The translations under genes were made by a program, and so were the position numbers. A stretch of 64,000 bases of DNA from Nannocystales bacterium (GTDB lineage Bacteria; Myxococcota_A; Polyangia; Nannocystales; Nannocystaceae). The notes beneath the pieces are model-generated. The model did no database searches. It was not told the DNA's origin and saw nothing but the letters and a program-made list of their open reading frames with translations. Of this stretch, positions 1 to 9,709 are shown in pieces (the first letter of the stretch is position 1; each line of letters opens with the position of its first letter). The stretch covers positions 224,001 to 288,000 of the forward strand of contig JBOEGF010000018.1 in assembly GCA_050633305.1 (NCBI GenBank). Reading direction: 5' to 3'.

Positions 1-587
1 GTGATGTGGCCGAGTCCTTGGAGACCTGGCTCAGGGAAGCCGACGACTACTCGTTCGCCCAGCGCACCATGTTTGGCAACGAGGAGAACGCCGCGCTCGT
101 GCTCGAGCGTCTGTGGGACTGGGCGGACCTCAACGCAGATGACGAGCTCCGCGGCCGTCTTCGTAGCCTCACCGAGACTCGCTTCGTCGCAAAGGACATG
201 GACTCCTGGTGCCCGCAGACGGTCGACGGCGAGCCGGAGAACTTCGAGTTCCTTCCCCCATGTTTGCAGCGCGCCAGTGCTGTGCTGTCGGTCCTTCCCG
301 CCGAGCGATCGAACCCCTGGCTCGACACGTTCCTCTCGCAGCAGACTGAGCTGGAGCCGGTGACCCTGTCCCGGTTGGCGACGCATGAGGCGCTCAACTT
401 CAGCCGCGCCGTTGCGCTGTGGCGGGTCTACGAAGCCACGGGCGATCTCCGGTACCGCTCGAAGTACGTCCAACATGTCGAGGCTGGCCTCGACCGCATG
501 GCGCAGCGCACCGACGCTGGAGAACCCATCGACCCTTGGCACGCCGGGTACGCCGTCCAGGCGCTGGCGATGAGCACCCGGATCTGA
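1..587 (+). CDS. 5'-truncated protein, probably DUF2891 family (alpha-helical)
   Basis: Frame is open from the window edge to TGA at 587. Motifs EFLPPCL and HEALNFSRAVALW resemble the DUF2891 LNxSRAW segment (recalled). Confidence 0.55.
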   Translation, partial: DVAESLETWLREADDYSFAQRTMFGNEENAALVLERLWDWADLNADDELRGRLRSLTETRFVAKDMDSWCPQTVDGEPENFEFLPPCLQRASAVLSVLPAERSNPWLDTFLSQQTELEPVTLSRLATHEALNFSRAVALWRVYEATGDLRYRSKYVQHVEAGLDRMAQRTDAGEPIDPWHAGYAVQALAMSTRI

Positions 588-662
588 TCAGTCTTCACCG
601 GCTCGTTGCGCCGCCGTCCGGGTTCCACGACCCCGCGGCGGCGTTTCGCGTTGTGCCGACCT

Positions 663-2243
663 TCACCCGCAGGTGATGTCGATGCGAGTGGGCGTCAGCA
701 CTTGGGCGTTGGGGATCGAGTTGCCGACCTGACCTTGTGCGTTGAGGCCCCAGCAGTACAGCTCGTGGGTGTCCGAGAGCACGCACGCGTGGCCACTTCC
801 GAAGACTGCGTCGTCGATGACGATCGGCATGCTCGCTTCGTCGACCGGGTCCAAAAGGACCGGCGTCGTTGCGAACAGGTCGTTCTTGGTCTCGCCCACG
901 AACTGAAGCTTGTTGCCCGTGTTGTCGCCCCAGCAGTACATCTCGCCCGTGCCGAGTTGGGCGCAGGTGACGTTGCCGTGTGCGCTGAGGTCGGTGATCG
1001 GTGCGTCGGGCAGGAGCGCGACGACAGGCGTGATCGAATCGACGCCCAAGCCATCGCCGAGCTGACCGAGGGTGTTGTCTCCCCAACAGTTGACCTGATC
1101 GCTGACGCGCGCGCAGCTGTAGGTGTCGCCCGTTGCGATGTCGCCGACCGGCGGCACGAGGATTTGCCGAACGGTGGCGGAGAATGGGACCGTGCCCGGG
1201 TTGACGCCGAGCTGTCCGTCCGCGTTCTCGCCCCAGCAATACATCTCACCGGTGGCCGTACGTCCACAGACGTGGCTTGCGGCACCGTCGATCTCGGCGA
1301 AGTTGAACAACGCCTCGACGTTGACGGGCCCGGGCGTCTCGGCCCCGGTGAGCTGCCCTCGGGTGTTGGTCCCGAAGCAAGTGGCGAGGAAGTCGGCGTC
1401 CTGTGCGATGCAGGTGAACCCGGTCCCGAGCGCAGGTTGAACCCAGTTTGTCGCGAGGTTGACCAGGGTTGGGATGGCGGTCGTCGGCGAAGGGACGCCG
1501 GGTACGGACGCGCCGGTGACGTTCTCGCCCCAGCACACCGCGTTGCCATCTTCACGGAGCGCGCAGGTGTGAGCGGGCGATGCGTCGATGTCCGTGGCCG
1601 CGAGTCCCACTCCGCCCAGCAGCGTCTCCGCGGTGAGGACCGGGACCGCTGACGACAAGACTCCCGGGACTCCAAGTTGTCCGGTGTCGTTCGCCCCCCA
1701 GCAGAACACGGCCCCGTCGGTGCGGGTGACGCAGGTGTGGTTCGCGCCCGCGGCCATCTCTGCAACACAGCCGCAGGTGCCGCCGTAGCAGCTGAGTCCG
1801 TCATCGCAGGCATCGTCGCAGCAGGGCTGATCCAAGCTGCCGCAGGTGTCGCCGGTCTCCGATCCGGTCGCGTCGGTATCCGTGACGGTGGGGTTCGTCG
1901 TCGACGGATCCAGGGTCGTGGAGGGTTCGGTGTCCGAGGAGCTGCCCGACCCCGAGCTGGTCGAGGTACCCGCCATGGTCGGGTTGATGTCGGTGTCTGT
2001 GGCTCCTGGAGGCTCCACGCACTCGCCCGCGAGACCCGCATCGGCTTCGTCGCCGTAGCGGAAGCCTGTGGCGCAGATTGGATCTGCGTAGCTACAGTAG
2101 CCTGTTGGCTGACAGAACCCTGGCTCGACACCACGTCTGCACTGGGTGTTGTCGGAGCAGTTGTAGGCTCCGATGTTCAGGCAACCGCTTGCCAGACCCG
2201 CTGTGAAGCCCAGGGAGAGTGCGATCCGTCCAGACGCCTGCAT
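663..2243 (-). CDS. Lipoprotein with Cys-rich N-domain, Ser/Thr stalk and RCC1-repeat beta-propeller
   Basis: Lipobox LASGC. About 6-7 repeats of the form HTC..R.DG.V.CWG.N..GQLG. Start placed at ATG 2243. Confidence 0.85.
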   Translation of the reverse strand: MQASGRIALSLGFTAGLASGCLNIGAYNCSDNTQCRRGVEPGFCQPTGYCSYADPICATGFRYGDEADAGLAGECVEPPGATDTDINPTMAGTSTSSGSGSSSDTEPSTTLDPSTTNPTVTDTDATGSETGDTCGSLDQPCCDDACDDGLSCYGGTCGCVAEMAAGANHTCVTRTDGAVFCWGANDTGQLGVPGVLSSAVPVLTAETLLGGVGLAATDIDASPAHTCALREDGNAVCWGENVTGASVPGVPSPTTAIPTLVNLATNWVQPALGTGFTCIAQDADFLATCFGTNTRGQLTGAETPGPVNVEALFNFAEIDGAASHVCGRTATGEMYCWGENADGQLGVNPGTVPFSATVRQILVPPVGDIATGDTYSCARVSDQVNCWGDNTLGQLGDGLGVDSITPVVALLPDAPITDLSAHGNVTCAQLGTGEMYCWGDNTGNKLQFVGETKNDLFATTPVLLDPVDEASMPIVIDDAVFGSGHACVLSDTHELYCWGLNAQGQVGNSIPNAQVLTPTRIDITCG

Positions 2244-2367
2244 CGTGCTAAGGGCGCACACGGTGTAGGACCTGCGCGCCGCGGGGAGAATACCACGGAG
2301 CCTGGAATTGCAGCATTCCGGCGTGCGCTTGTGGCTGGTCGCGTGAGCGCGCTAGCATGGTTGCACG

Positions 2368-4158
2368 ATGAACCGAGGAACAGGCGGTGCTCATCCTGCC
2401 GCCTCGGCAGGTCCCCCACCTCCCCCCACGGCCGGGGAGGGGGCAAGCCGCATCGGTCGCTACGAGCTTCTTCGCAGGCTGGGCGCCGGCGGGATGGCCG
2501 AAGTCCACCTTGCGCGGGCGACCGGGTTCGAGGGCTTCGAGAAGCTCCTCGTGCTCAAGCGGATCCTTCCGCACCTCGCGGCCGACCGGCATTTCGTACA
2601 GATGTTCTTGGCGGAGGCGCGCCTTGCTGCGCTTCTCCAGCACCCCAACATCGTTCAGGTGTTCGACCTAGGGAAGGAAGGGACGGACTTCTTCTTCACG
2701 ATGGAACTCGTCTACGGCGAGAACGCCTACGCGATCTCACGGGCCGCGAGGAAGCGCCGTGAAGAACTCCCGATCGAGCACGCGATCTCGATCATCATCG
2801 GCGCAGCATCGGGGTTGCACTACGCGCATGAGCGCGTCGGGATGGACGGCAAGCCGCTGGGCATTGTGCACCGCGACGTTTCGCCCACGAACTTGATGGT
2901 CACCTACGACGGGTGCCCGAAGGTCGCCGACTTCGGGATCGCCAAGGTCACGAACCGCACCGACGTCACGCAGGCCGGCATCCGCAAGGGCAAGGTGCCG
3001 TACATGTCGCCCGAGCAATGCAAGGCGGCCCGCGTCGATCGCCGTAGCGACGTCTTCGCCCTAGGGATCTGTTTATACGAACTCTCGACGGGCAGTCGTT
3101 TGTTCGACGGCGACAATGAGTTCGGCGTGATGAACCGGATCGTCACCGGGGACATTCCGCTGCCGTCCACCCGGCGCGCGAACTACCCCAAGCCGCTCGA
3201 GCGCATCCTGATGAGGGCGCTCGCGACCGACATCAACAAACGCTACGCCACGTGCATGGAGATGCAGCACGAGCTGGAGGCGTTTGTCCGCGATGCACGT
3301 CTGGACGCCAGCGCATCGTCACTCGCCCGTTGGATGCATCGTGTGTTCAAGCCGCAGCCATTCCCGTGGGGGGCGTTGCAGGGCGACGGCGTCACGGGGG
3401 GAGGCGGCGCCCGGCCGACCATCGCGGACTCCGGCGCTGGGCTTGGCTCGCGACCCGGCGACGTGGTGAGCCGCCCCGACATGACGCCGCACTCCGGTGT
3501 GGGCAGCTACCCGATGCCGTCGAGCGCGAGCTCGGGGCTCATGCCTCCATCGGCTCATCCCGCGCCGTCGTCCGCTGGGACGGGGGCGGGTCCGCGGACA
3601 TCGGCGGGAGCGGCCAACGATGGCGGCACGCTCAAGGGCGTTGCGATGGGCCTCGGTATCGTGGCTGCGATCGCAGTCGCCTCGGTCGCGGGCTTGGTCA
3701 TCTACAAGAACACCGGCGACGGACCGGCCGACGCGCCTAAGGCGAGCGCGGTCGCCGGAGCCGAGGCCGAGCGCCCTGAGGTGTCCGGCGAAGCTGCGCC
3801 TGTGGAAGACGCGCCCACAGCCGCCCCCGTCGCGGAGGCGCAGGATCCTGTCGCTGTTCCCGCAGCTGACGCTCCACAAGGGAACCCGTCTGACGCCGAG
3901 CCTGAGCCTGAGCCTGAGCCCGCGGTCGAGGCCGCGCCAGTTGTCGAAGCTGCGCCGGTCGCCGAGGCTGAGCCCGAAGAGGTCATCGAACTCATCGACG
4001 ATCCGGCGACGACTCGGCCGAGGACTTCTCGTCCCAAGAACTCCAAGCCCCAGACTTCGAAGCCCCAAGCTTCCAAGTCGAAGCCGAAGACCTCCAAGCC
4101 CAAGAAGAAACCCAAGGCGGACGCTGGAGCCGACCCCGACGGGTTCTGGGGCAACTGA
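2368..4158 (+). CDS. Hanks-type Ser/Thr protein kinase with one TM helix and Pro/Ala/Glu/Lys-rich C-terminal tail
   Basis: LGAGGMAEV, VLKRIL, HRDVSPTN, DFGIAK, YMSPE. TM segment VAMGLGIVAAIAVASVAGLVIY. Confidence 0.95.
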   Translation: MNRGTGGAHPAASAGPPPPPTAGEGASRIGRYELLRRLGAGGMAEVHLARATGFEGFEKLLVLKRILPHLAADRHFVQMFLAEARLAALLQHPNIVQVFDLGKEGTDFFFTMELVYGENAYAISRAARKRREELPIEHAISIIIGAASGLHYAHERVGMDGKPLGIVHRDVSPTNLMVTYDGCPKVADFGIAKVTNRTDVTQAGIRKGKVPYMSPEQCKAARVDRRSDVFALGICLYELSTGSRLFDGDNEFGVMNRIVTGDIPLPSTRRANYPKPLERILMRALATDINKRYATCMEMQHELEAFVRDARLDASASSLARWMHRVFKPQPFPWGALQGDGVTGGGGARPTIADSGAGLGSRPGDVVSRPDMTPHSGVGSYPMPSSASSGLMPPSAHPAPSSAGTGAGPRTSAGAANDGGTLKGVAMGLGIVAAIAVASVAGLVIYKNTGDGPADAPKASAVAGAEAERPEVSGEAAPVEDAPTAAPVAEAQDPVAVPAADAPQGNPSDAEPEPEPEPAVEAAPVVEAAPVAEAEPEEVIELIDDPATTRPRTSRPKNSKPQTSKPQASKSKPKTSKPKKKPKADAGADPDGFWGN

Positions 4159-4176
4159 CCGTACTGGGATTCAAGC

Positions 4177-4962
4177 ATGCTCGTCCCCTCCGTTCTCTCC
4201 GTCGTTCTTTCGTCGTTGCTGCTGACCGCGGCGGGTCCCGACGATCTGCTCTCCGATCCCGAGGCGCAGACGCTCGTGGCCGAAGCTCAGATTCTGTTCT
4301 CTGAAGGAAACTTCGGTGAGGCCGCGAAGCTGATCGAGAAGGCGTACCTCATCGAGCCCGTGCCCGAGTTGTTGTTTCCGTGGGCACAAGCCGAACGGGA
4401 GCAGGGCAACTGCCGGGCCGCGATCGACCTCTATGGGCGACTGCTCGAGGAAATCCCCGAGGGGCGGATGGCTGATTCGGCGCGCAACAACATCGCGCTG
4501 TGCGAGCAGGAGATGCCGGCCGAGGAAGCGGTGGTTCCCGTGGTCGAGGAGGACCCGCTCGAGGAGGAATACACCGAGCCCGAGCCCGAACCTGTGCCCG
4601 AGCCCGTGACGAAGAGCGACGACCAGCCCAAAGTGAAGGAGTGGTACAAGGACCCCGCGGGCGGGGTTCTGACCGGGCTTGGCGTGGTGGGCGTGGGCGC
4701 GGGCGCGGCATTGCTGATCGTCGCCAACGGGAACGGCAAGAGTGCTTCGGACGCACCTTCCCTGGACGACTACCACTCGCAGAGCGACACGGCTGTCACG
4801 CAGCGCAACGCGGGCGCTGGTGTCCTCTCGGTCGGCGGAGCGTTGCTCGTCGCGGGGGTGATTCGCTACGTGTTGGTCGCAAAGAAGAACAAAGCCTCTG
4901 CGACCGCTTCGCTCTGGACGGCGCCGGGCAGTGGTGGCGTCGTGTTCTCCGGGCGATTCTGA
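4177..4962 (+). CDS. Secreted TPR protein with hydrophobic C-terminal region, probably co-transcribed with the kinase
   Basis: Signal peptide, TPR-like helices (FSEGNFGEAAKLIEKAY; GNCRAAIDLYGRLL), EP repeats, C-terminus GGVVFSGRF. 18 bp after the kinase stop. Confidence 0.7.
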   Translation: MLVPSVLSVVLSSLLLTAAGPDDLLSDPEAQTLVAEAQILFSEGNFGEAAKLIEKAYLIEPVPELLFPWAQAEREQGNCRAAIDLYGRLLEEIPEGRMADSARNNIALCEQEMPAEEAVVPVVEEDPLEEEYTEPEPEPVPEPVTKSDDQPKVKEWYKDPAGGVLTGLGVVGVGAGAALLIVANGNGKSASDAPSLDDYHSQSDTAVTQRNAGAGVLSVGGALLVAGVIRYVLVAKKNKASATASLWTAPGSGGVVFSGRF

Positions 4963-5085
4963 GCAGCAGGCCGCCGCGGAGGGTTGGCTTGAGACGGAGG
5001 TCACGGCAACGCTCCCGTGCTGTGACTCCACTGCCCTATGGGGCGAAGGTAGGCCTGCTACGTTCCGGCGTCTTCCGAGGTCGCC

Positions 5086-6081
5086 ATGAACCTGCGTAGC
5101 TCTTGTGTCCTACTCTCCGCCTGCCTTGCCCTGACTGCCTGCGACACCCCGTCCGACGACAGCACCTCGGGGTCGAACTCCACATCCGGTGGCAGCACGT
5201 CGGACGACGACCCCACGAACATCTCCGTGTCGGTGTCCATCTCGGCCACGACACCGCCGACCGACCCGGCGACCACGGACTCGACGGTCGGCGATACGGA
5301 CGCGTCGAGCACAGACGCGACCGACGCGACGAGCAGCCCCACTGAGCCCACCGCCGGAGAGACGGACTCGACGACGACCGACCCCACCGAGGGCGGGACG
5401 GACTCCACGACCACCGGCGGCGCAGGGGGGACGAGTGTCTACGACGTTCAGGATGGGACCGTCGCCGAAGGCGAGACCGTGACGATCGAAGGCGTTGTGA
5501 TCACCGGCCTCCGGTCGTTCGTGGGCGTGACCGTGCAAGAGATCGATGGCGGTGAATACAGCGGTGTCTACGTCGACACCGGGGACGTAGACCTGAGCAC
5601 GTTCGCGGTCGGCGACATCGTCGACCTCACCGGGGTGACCGCGGAGTCGAACCCGGGCTCCACCGGATTGGATGGCCTCACGCAGATCCTCATCGACGCG
5701 GATGGCTCGATGACCGCGACCGGCGACACCATGGAGCTCAGCGTAGAGGCGGTCGACTTCACCGTCTTGGCCGATCCCGACACGGCGGAACCATGGGAGA
5801 GCGTGCTCGTCACGACCTCCGGCGCGTTCGAAGCGGTGACCGCGACCGCGTCGTTTGGCGAGTTCGGCGAGTTCGCAGTGGAGGAGGGGGGCGCGACGCT
5901 GACGGTCGACAATTTCCTGTACGCGATCTTCGACAAGGACAACGCTGCTGACTTCCCCGGCTTCGGCGAAGGCGCAACCTTCACAGCGGTCTCGGGCGTG
6001 CTCAACTACAGCTTCGGTACGTTCAAGCTCGCGCCGCGCAGCGCGGCCGAGCTCGAGGGATACGCCGCACCGGCTGGCTGA
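5086..6081 (+). CDS. Lipoprotein with Thr/Ser/Asp stalk and OB-fold-like domains (YhcR/ExeM N-terminal-like)
   Basis: Lipobox LTAC, GAGG RBS. Motifs VTIEGVVITG, GGEYSGVYV, VGDIVDLTGV, GLTQI, EPWESVLV, GVLNYSFGTFKLAPR. Confidence 0.7.
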   Translation: MNLRSSCVLLSACLALTACDTPSDDSTSGSNSTSGGSTSDDDPTNISVSVSISATTPPTDPATTDSTVGDTDASSTDATDATSSPTEPTAGETDSTTTDPTEGGTDSTTTGGAGGTSVYDVQDGTVAEGETVTIEGVVITGLRSFVGVTVQEIDGGEYSGVYVDTGDVDLSTFAVGDIVDLTGVTAESNPGSTGLDGLTQILIDADGSMTATGDTMELSVEAVDFTVLADPDTAEPWESVLVTTSGAFEAVTATASFGEFGEFAVEEGGATLTVDNFLYAIFDKDNAADFPGFGEGATFTAVSGVLNYSFGTFKLAPRSAAELEGYAAPAG

Positions 6082-6134
6082 GCGCGCGTCTCCCGGTGTG
6101 ACCGTGGGAAGCGGGCACATCGGGGGATCAGCCG

Positions 6135-6163
6135 TTGCCCGGGAGGGACAACGGCGATAGCGT
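6135..6163 (+). promoter_or_regulatory. Putative sigma70-type promoter for a leaderless operon
   Basis: TTGCCC(6135-6140)-17 nt-TAGCGT(6158-6163), 8 nt before ATG 6172. Confidence 0.5.
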
Positions 6164-6171
6164 CGACCACG

Positions 6172-7014
6172 ATGTGTCGGATCTTCGGCTTTCGGTCAGT
6201 CATCCAGAGCCAGGTCCACCGAAGCTTGGTCAGCGCTGACAATGCGCTGATGCAGCAGGGTGGGCGGCACCCTGACGGTTGGGGGGTGGCCTACTACAAC
6301 GGTGGCGCGCCACACGTGATCAAGAGCGTGTCGTCCGCCCATGTCGACCACCTCTTCCGACGCGTCTCGGGAATCGTGGCATCTGAGACGGTGCTCGCGC
6401 ATCTACGCAAGGCGACGCAGGGAGAGCACACGATCCTCAACACGCACCCGTTCCAGTTTGGCCACTGGGTGTTCGTGCACAACGGCAACATCTCGGGCTT
6501 CGGCGAACGGCGGGAGGAGCTGCTCGACAGGATCCCTCCTGTGCTGCGGCGCTACATCCTGGGGGACACGGACAGCGAGCTGTTTTTCTACCTGCTGTTG
6601 GGGCACATGGCGCAACGGTGTCCTCTGACCCAAGCTGGGTACGGCCTGGACGATCTCGTCGCTGCGGCTCGCGCCACCGTCGAGGAAATCGTCTCGGTGG
6701 CCGGAGACCTTTGTCTCGACGATGCCGGCCCTCCCACCGAAAACTTCCTTTCGTTCGTGATCACCAATGGGACCACCATGCTCGCCCACCAAGGCGGGAA
6801 AACGCTCTACTACAGCACGTACAAGCGCCAGTGCCCTGATCGTGACGTCTGCCCGAGTTTCGGGCCCGCCTGCGAGGCGCCCACCGAGAAGGGCTTCGTC
6901 AAACATCTGCTGGTCTCGAGCGAGCCGTTGCAGGGCGACAATGAGTGGCAAAAGATGGAGCCTTTCGAGGTTGTCGGCGTCGACTGGCGCATGCAGATTC
7001 AGCACGCCCGATGA
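6172..7014 (+). CDS. Class II (Ntn) glutamine amidotransferase, YafJ/EgtC/Dug3-like
   Basis: N-terminal MCRIFG (Cys nucleophile), HPDGWGVAYY, AHLRKAT, NTHPF, HNG, TDSE, SSEP. Confidence 0.92.
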   Translation: MCRIFGFRSVIQSQVHRSLVSADNALMQQGGRHPDGWGVAYYNGGAPHVIKSVSSAHVDHLFRRVSGIVASETVLAHLRKATQGEHTILNTHPFQFGHWVFVHNGNISGFGERREELLDRIPPVLRRYILGDTDSELFFYLLLGHMAQRCPLTQAGYGLDDLVAAARATVEEIVSVAGDLCLDDAGPPTENFLSFVITNGTTMLAHQGGKTLYYSTYKRQCPDRDVCPSFGPACEAPTEKGFVKHLLVSSEPLQGDNEWQKMEPFEVVGVDWRMQIQHAR

Positions 7015-9257
7015 CCGATTCCCAGCGTCCCTTGCCCAGATGGTGGCTCGCGCTGCTGTCTTCTTTTGTCGCGGCGGTGTGCCTGTGGGCTGCCGGCAAG
7101 CTCCCGTGGTCCGATGACTGGACCCTGTTCGCCGCGATGACGACTGCGCTGGGTGTCGCCCATCTCGGCTGCGCGCTGACGGCTCTGCTCGGCAGTCCCC
7201 TGCGTGCGAAAGCGTGGCGATGGCAAGGCGCGATGGCGATGGTCTACCTCGCGTACGTGACCTGGAACCTGGTGCGGACCTCGAGCTACGTGGCTGAGCT
7301 CTACGGTGGGTTGGGCAAAGGCGTCGCGGTGTCGCTGGGGCTGGTGTGGCTCATCGTCGCCGGGCTCACCGTGCCGCTGACCGCGTGGGGGTTCGCCGTG
7401 ACGGGCGGGATCCGGCCCGGAAACGTCGCCAAGGGATCGGCGGCGGTGCTGCTCTTGCTCGCGGGTGTCGGCGTCGTTCGCAGTCGTGATGCCGCGGCCG
7501 CCGAGTCGATCGTCCAGCCAGAGGTCGCCGCGGACGTGCGGTCGCTGGTCGCGGACCACATCCCTGTCATGCCGCCCCCCCCGAAGGGCGCTCCGTCGCT
7601 GAGCACCTCCAAGCCGGCGAAGTGCCCGAAGGTTCCCGACCCCGCGTTCACGACGGTTGTCGCGACGTTTCTCGAGGCGAACGAGGCGGGGCGCCCGACG
7701 CCGGTCTCGCGCTGCTTTCAGGGCGACGGCGTTCGGGCGTTCGAGCAGATGGGGGATGCATTGCTGATGGCGTCGCTGGGGGGCCGCGTCAAGGTGGACG
7801 TGCTGACCGGCGGGCAGCCTCTGCGACACGTGGTTCCGGTGGTCGACAGCATGCTCTTGCGACCCGGCCTCGACGGGGTGTGCGAGGGGAGCCGCTGTCT
7901 CATGCCGTGGCAGATGCTGGCGCTGGACGCGTTCAATACCAACACGCCAATCCCCGTCATCCCGGACCTCCGCTTTGGCTTCGACCCGGTCGCGCTCCGC
8001 AAAGCTCTCGCGCCCACCGACGCGACCGGACCCATTCCGAGCGGTGTTGAGGGACTGACGCGTATCGAGACCCGCAGTTTCGTCTCGGACGGGAAAGGCG
8101 ACGTGCATCCTCTCCGCCGGATGCGACGGGAGCGAATGGAGCTCTCCTCGCAGGCCCTGCAAACCTCGGTCTCCGGGGCCGAAGCCTACATCCACTCGGC
8201 GATTGGGGCGGACGGGCGCTTCGAGTACAAACTCCACCCCTTCTCGGGGCTGGTCTCCTACCGAGGCTTCGCGCTGGCGCGGCAAGCCGGTACGACCCTG
8301 GTCGTTTGCGAGCTGTCGCAGCACGACGCGCGGGCACGGGCTGTCGCCCGCAAAGCCCTGGGGATGATGCAGTCGACCGAGCGGCGGAAGGGCGACATCT
8401 CCATGCTGAAGTACCCCAAGACCAAGCCCGCCAAGCGCGTGCCGTTGGGGGACACCGCGCTGGCCGCGATCGCGTTTCTGAGCTGTCGTGATCGGGTGGG
8501 CAAGCGATTCGACCCGACCATCGACCGGATCACCAAGTTTCTGTTGTCGATGCAGCGGGAGAACGGTTCCTTCCATCCGGCCTACGACTTCGAAACCGGG
8601 GAGCCTATCCCGGGCCCCGACCCGCTGTACGCCGTGGGGCAGGCGATCTTCGCGCTCGTGCTGCTCGAGGAAGCGAGCATGGAGAACCCTGAGTTGTTCA
8701 CCGACGCGGCGGTTGTGCACGAGGCTGTCGAACGCGCGATGGACTACATCGCGGAGGACTATTGGAGTGGGTTTGTGCGCGACTTCTTCTTCATGGAGGA
8801 GAACTGGAACTGCCTCGCGGCTCGCGCTGCGCTCGGCCATCACCGCCACGACGGATACGAGAAATTCTGCCTCGACTACGTCCGCTACAAGACGCGGTTG
8901 ATTCTCAGCGAGGAGGACGCGGTCGACCCCGACCTGGTGGGCGGATACGGTTACGGAAACGTGCTGCTTCCGCACAACACCGGGTCCGCTGGGTTTGGGG
9001 AGGCCGGCTCGGCAGCACTCGCGATCTCCGAGGCTCGAGGCGAAGACGCCTCGGACATCGAAGCCCCTCTGAGGCGTGCGCTCGAGTTCTTGTTGCATCA
9101 CCAATGGGACGAGGTGGCTTGTTTTGCGTGCGAAGGTCCCCACCCCGTCGTGGGAGGGTTTAGCGAACACATGGGCTCGCCGACGATCCGCATCGACTAT
9201 GTGCAGCATGCCTGGGCGGGGTTGGGCCACAGCGCACGCGTACTGGGACTGCTCTGA
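7011..9257 (+). CDS. Membrane-anchored protein (about 5 N-terminal TM) with AMMECR1-like segment and C-terminal alpha/alpha-toroid domain; function unknown
   Basis: ATGA overlap with upstream gene. PGLDGVC..LMPWQ segment; DGRFEY..ARQAGT; FLLSMQRENGSF; FLLHHQW; terminal IRIDYVQHA. Confidence 0.7.
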   Translation: MTDSQRPLPRWWLALLSSFVAAVCLWAAGKLPWSDDWTLFAAMTTALGVAHLGCALTALLGSPLRAKAWRWQGAMAMVYLAYVTWNLVRTSSYVAELYGGLGKGVAVSLGLVWLIVAGLTVPLTAWGFAVTGGIRPGNVAKGSAAVLLLLAGVGVVRSRDAAAAESIVQPEVAADVRSLVADHIPVMPPPPKGAPSLSTSKPAKCPKVPDPAFTTVVATFLEANEAGRPTPVSRCFQGDGVRAFEQMGDALLMASLGGRVKVDVLTGGQPLRHVVPVVDSMLLRPGLDGVCEGSRCLMPWQMLALDAFNTNTPIPVIPDLRFGFDPVALRKALAPTDATGPIPSGVEGLTRIETRSFVSDGKGDVHPLRRMRRERMELSSQALQTSVSGAEAYIHSAIGADGRFEYKLHPFSGLVSYRGFALARQAGTTLVVCELSQHDARARAVARKALGMMQSTERRKGDISMLKYPKTKPAKRVPLGDTALAAIAFLSCRDRVGKRFDPTIDRITKFLLSMQRENGSFHPAYDFETGEPIPGPDPLYAVGQAIFALVLLEEASMENPELFTDAAVVHEAVERAMDYIAEDYWSGFVRDFFFMEENWNCLAARAALGHHRHDGYEKFCLDYVRYKTRLILSEEDAVDPDLVGGYGYGNVLLPHNTGSAGFGEAGSAALAISEARGEDASDIEAPLRRALEFLLHHQWDEVACFACEGPHPVVGGFSEHMGSPTIRIDYVQHAWAGLGHSARVLGLL

Positions 9258-9262
9258 GGCCC

Positions 9263-9709
9263 ATGCCAATCGCGGGAGAGCGGTGGAGGCTGTGGGCGGG
9301 GACCGTCGCGCTTGCAATGACGTCAGCCATCGTGTGGCCGGTCATCCCCGACAAGGACAGCTTTCCGCTCTCGAACTACCCGATGTTCTCGACGCCGAAG
9401 ACGACGCGGGCAAAGATCTACCACCTCGTCGGATTCACGCCGACGGGACAAGGCATGCCTCTGTCGCCGTCGATGCTCGACACCGACGAGATCATGCAGG
9501 CGTACCAAACGGCGAAACTCGCGATCCGTGGCGGACGCGCCCAGCGCTTGTGCGAGGAGACGGCCCTCCGCGTGGCGAGCAGCGATGACTTTGCGGACGT
9601 CACTCGGGTCGAGGTGCGCATCGACGTCTTCGATGCGGTGCACTACTGGGAAGGGGACCGCTCGACGGAGCACAGCCGAGTCATCGCCAAGTGTGGGGTC
9701 CAGCGATGA
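9263..9709 (+). CDS. Small membrane-anchored protein, probable partner of the HTTM protein
   Basis: N-terminal hydrophobic helix, DSFPLSNYPMFS motif, two Cys. 5 bp after the upstream stop; ATGA overlap with the next gene. Confidence 0.7.
   Translation: MPIAGERWRLWAGTVALAMTSAIVWPVIPDKDSFPLSNYPMFSTPKTTRAKIYHLVGFTPTGQGMPLSPSMLDTDEIMQAYQTAKLAIRGGRAQRLCEETALRVASSDDFADVTRVEVRIDVFDAVHYWEGDRSTEHSRVIAKCGVQR

Noticed and set aside
3895..3920. GAGCCT hexamer repeat in the kinase tail
   Set aside because: An ordinary Glu-Pro linker, in frame, with no sign of phase variation.
6172..7014. Ergothioneine biosynthesis gene egtC
   Set aside because: Family-level similarity only; no egtA, egtB or egtD in the window.
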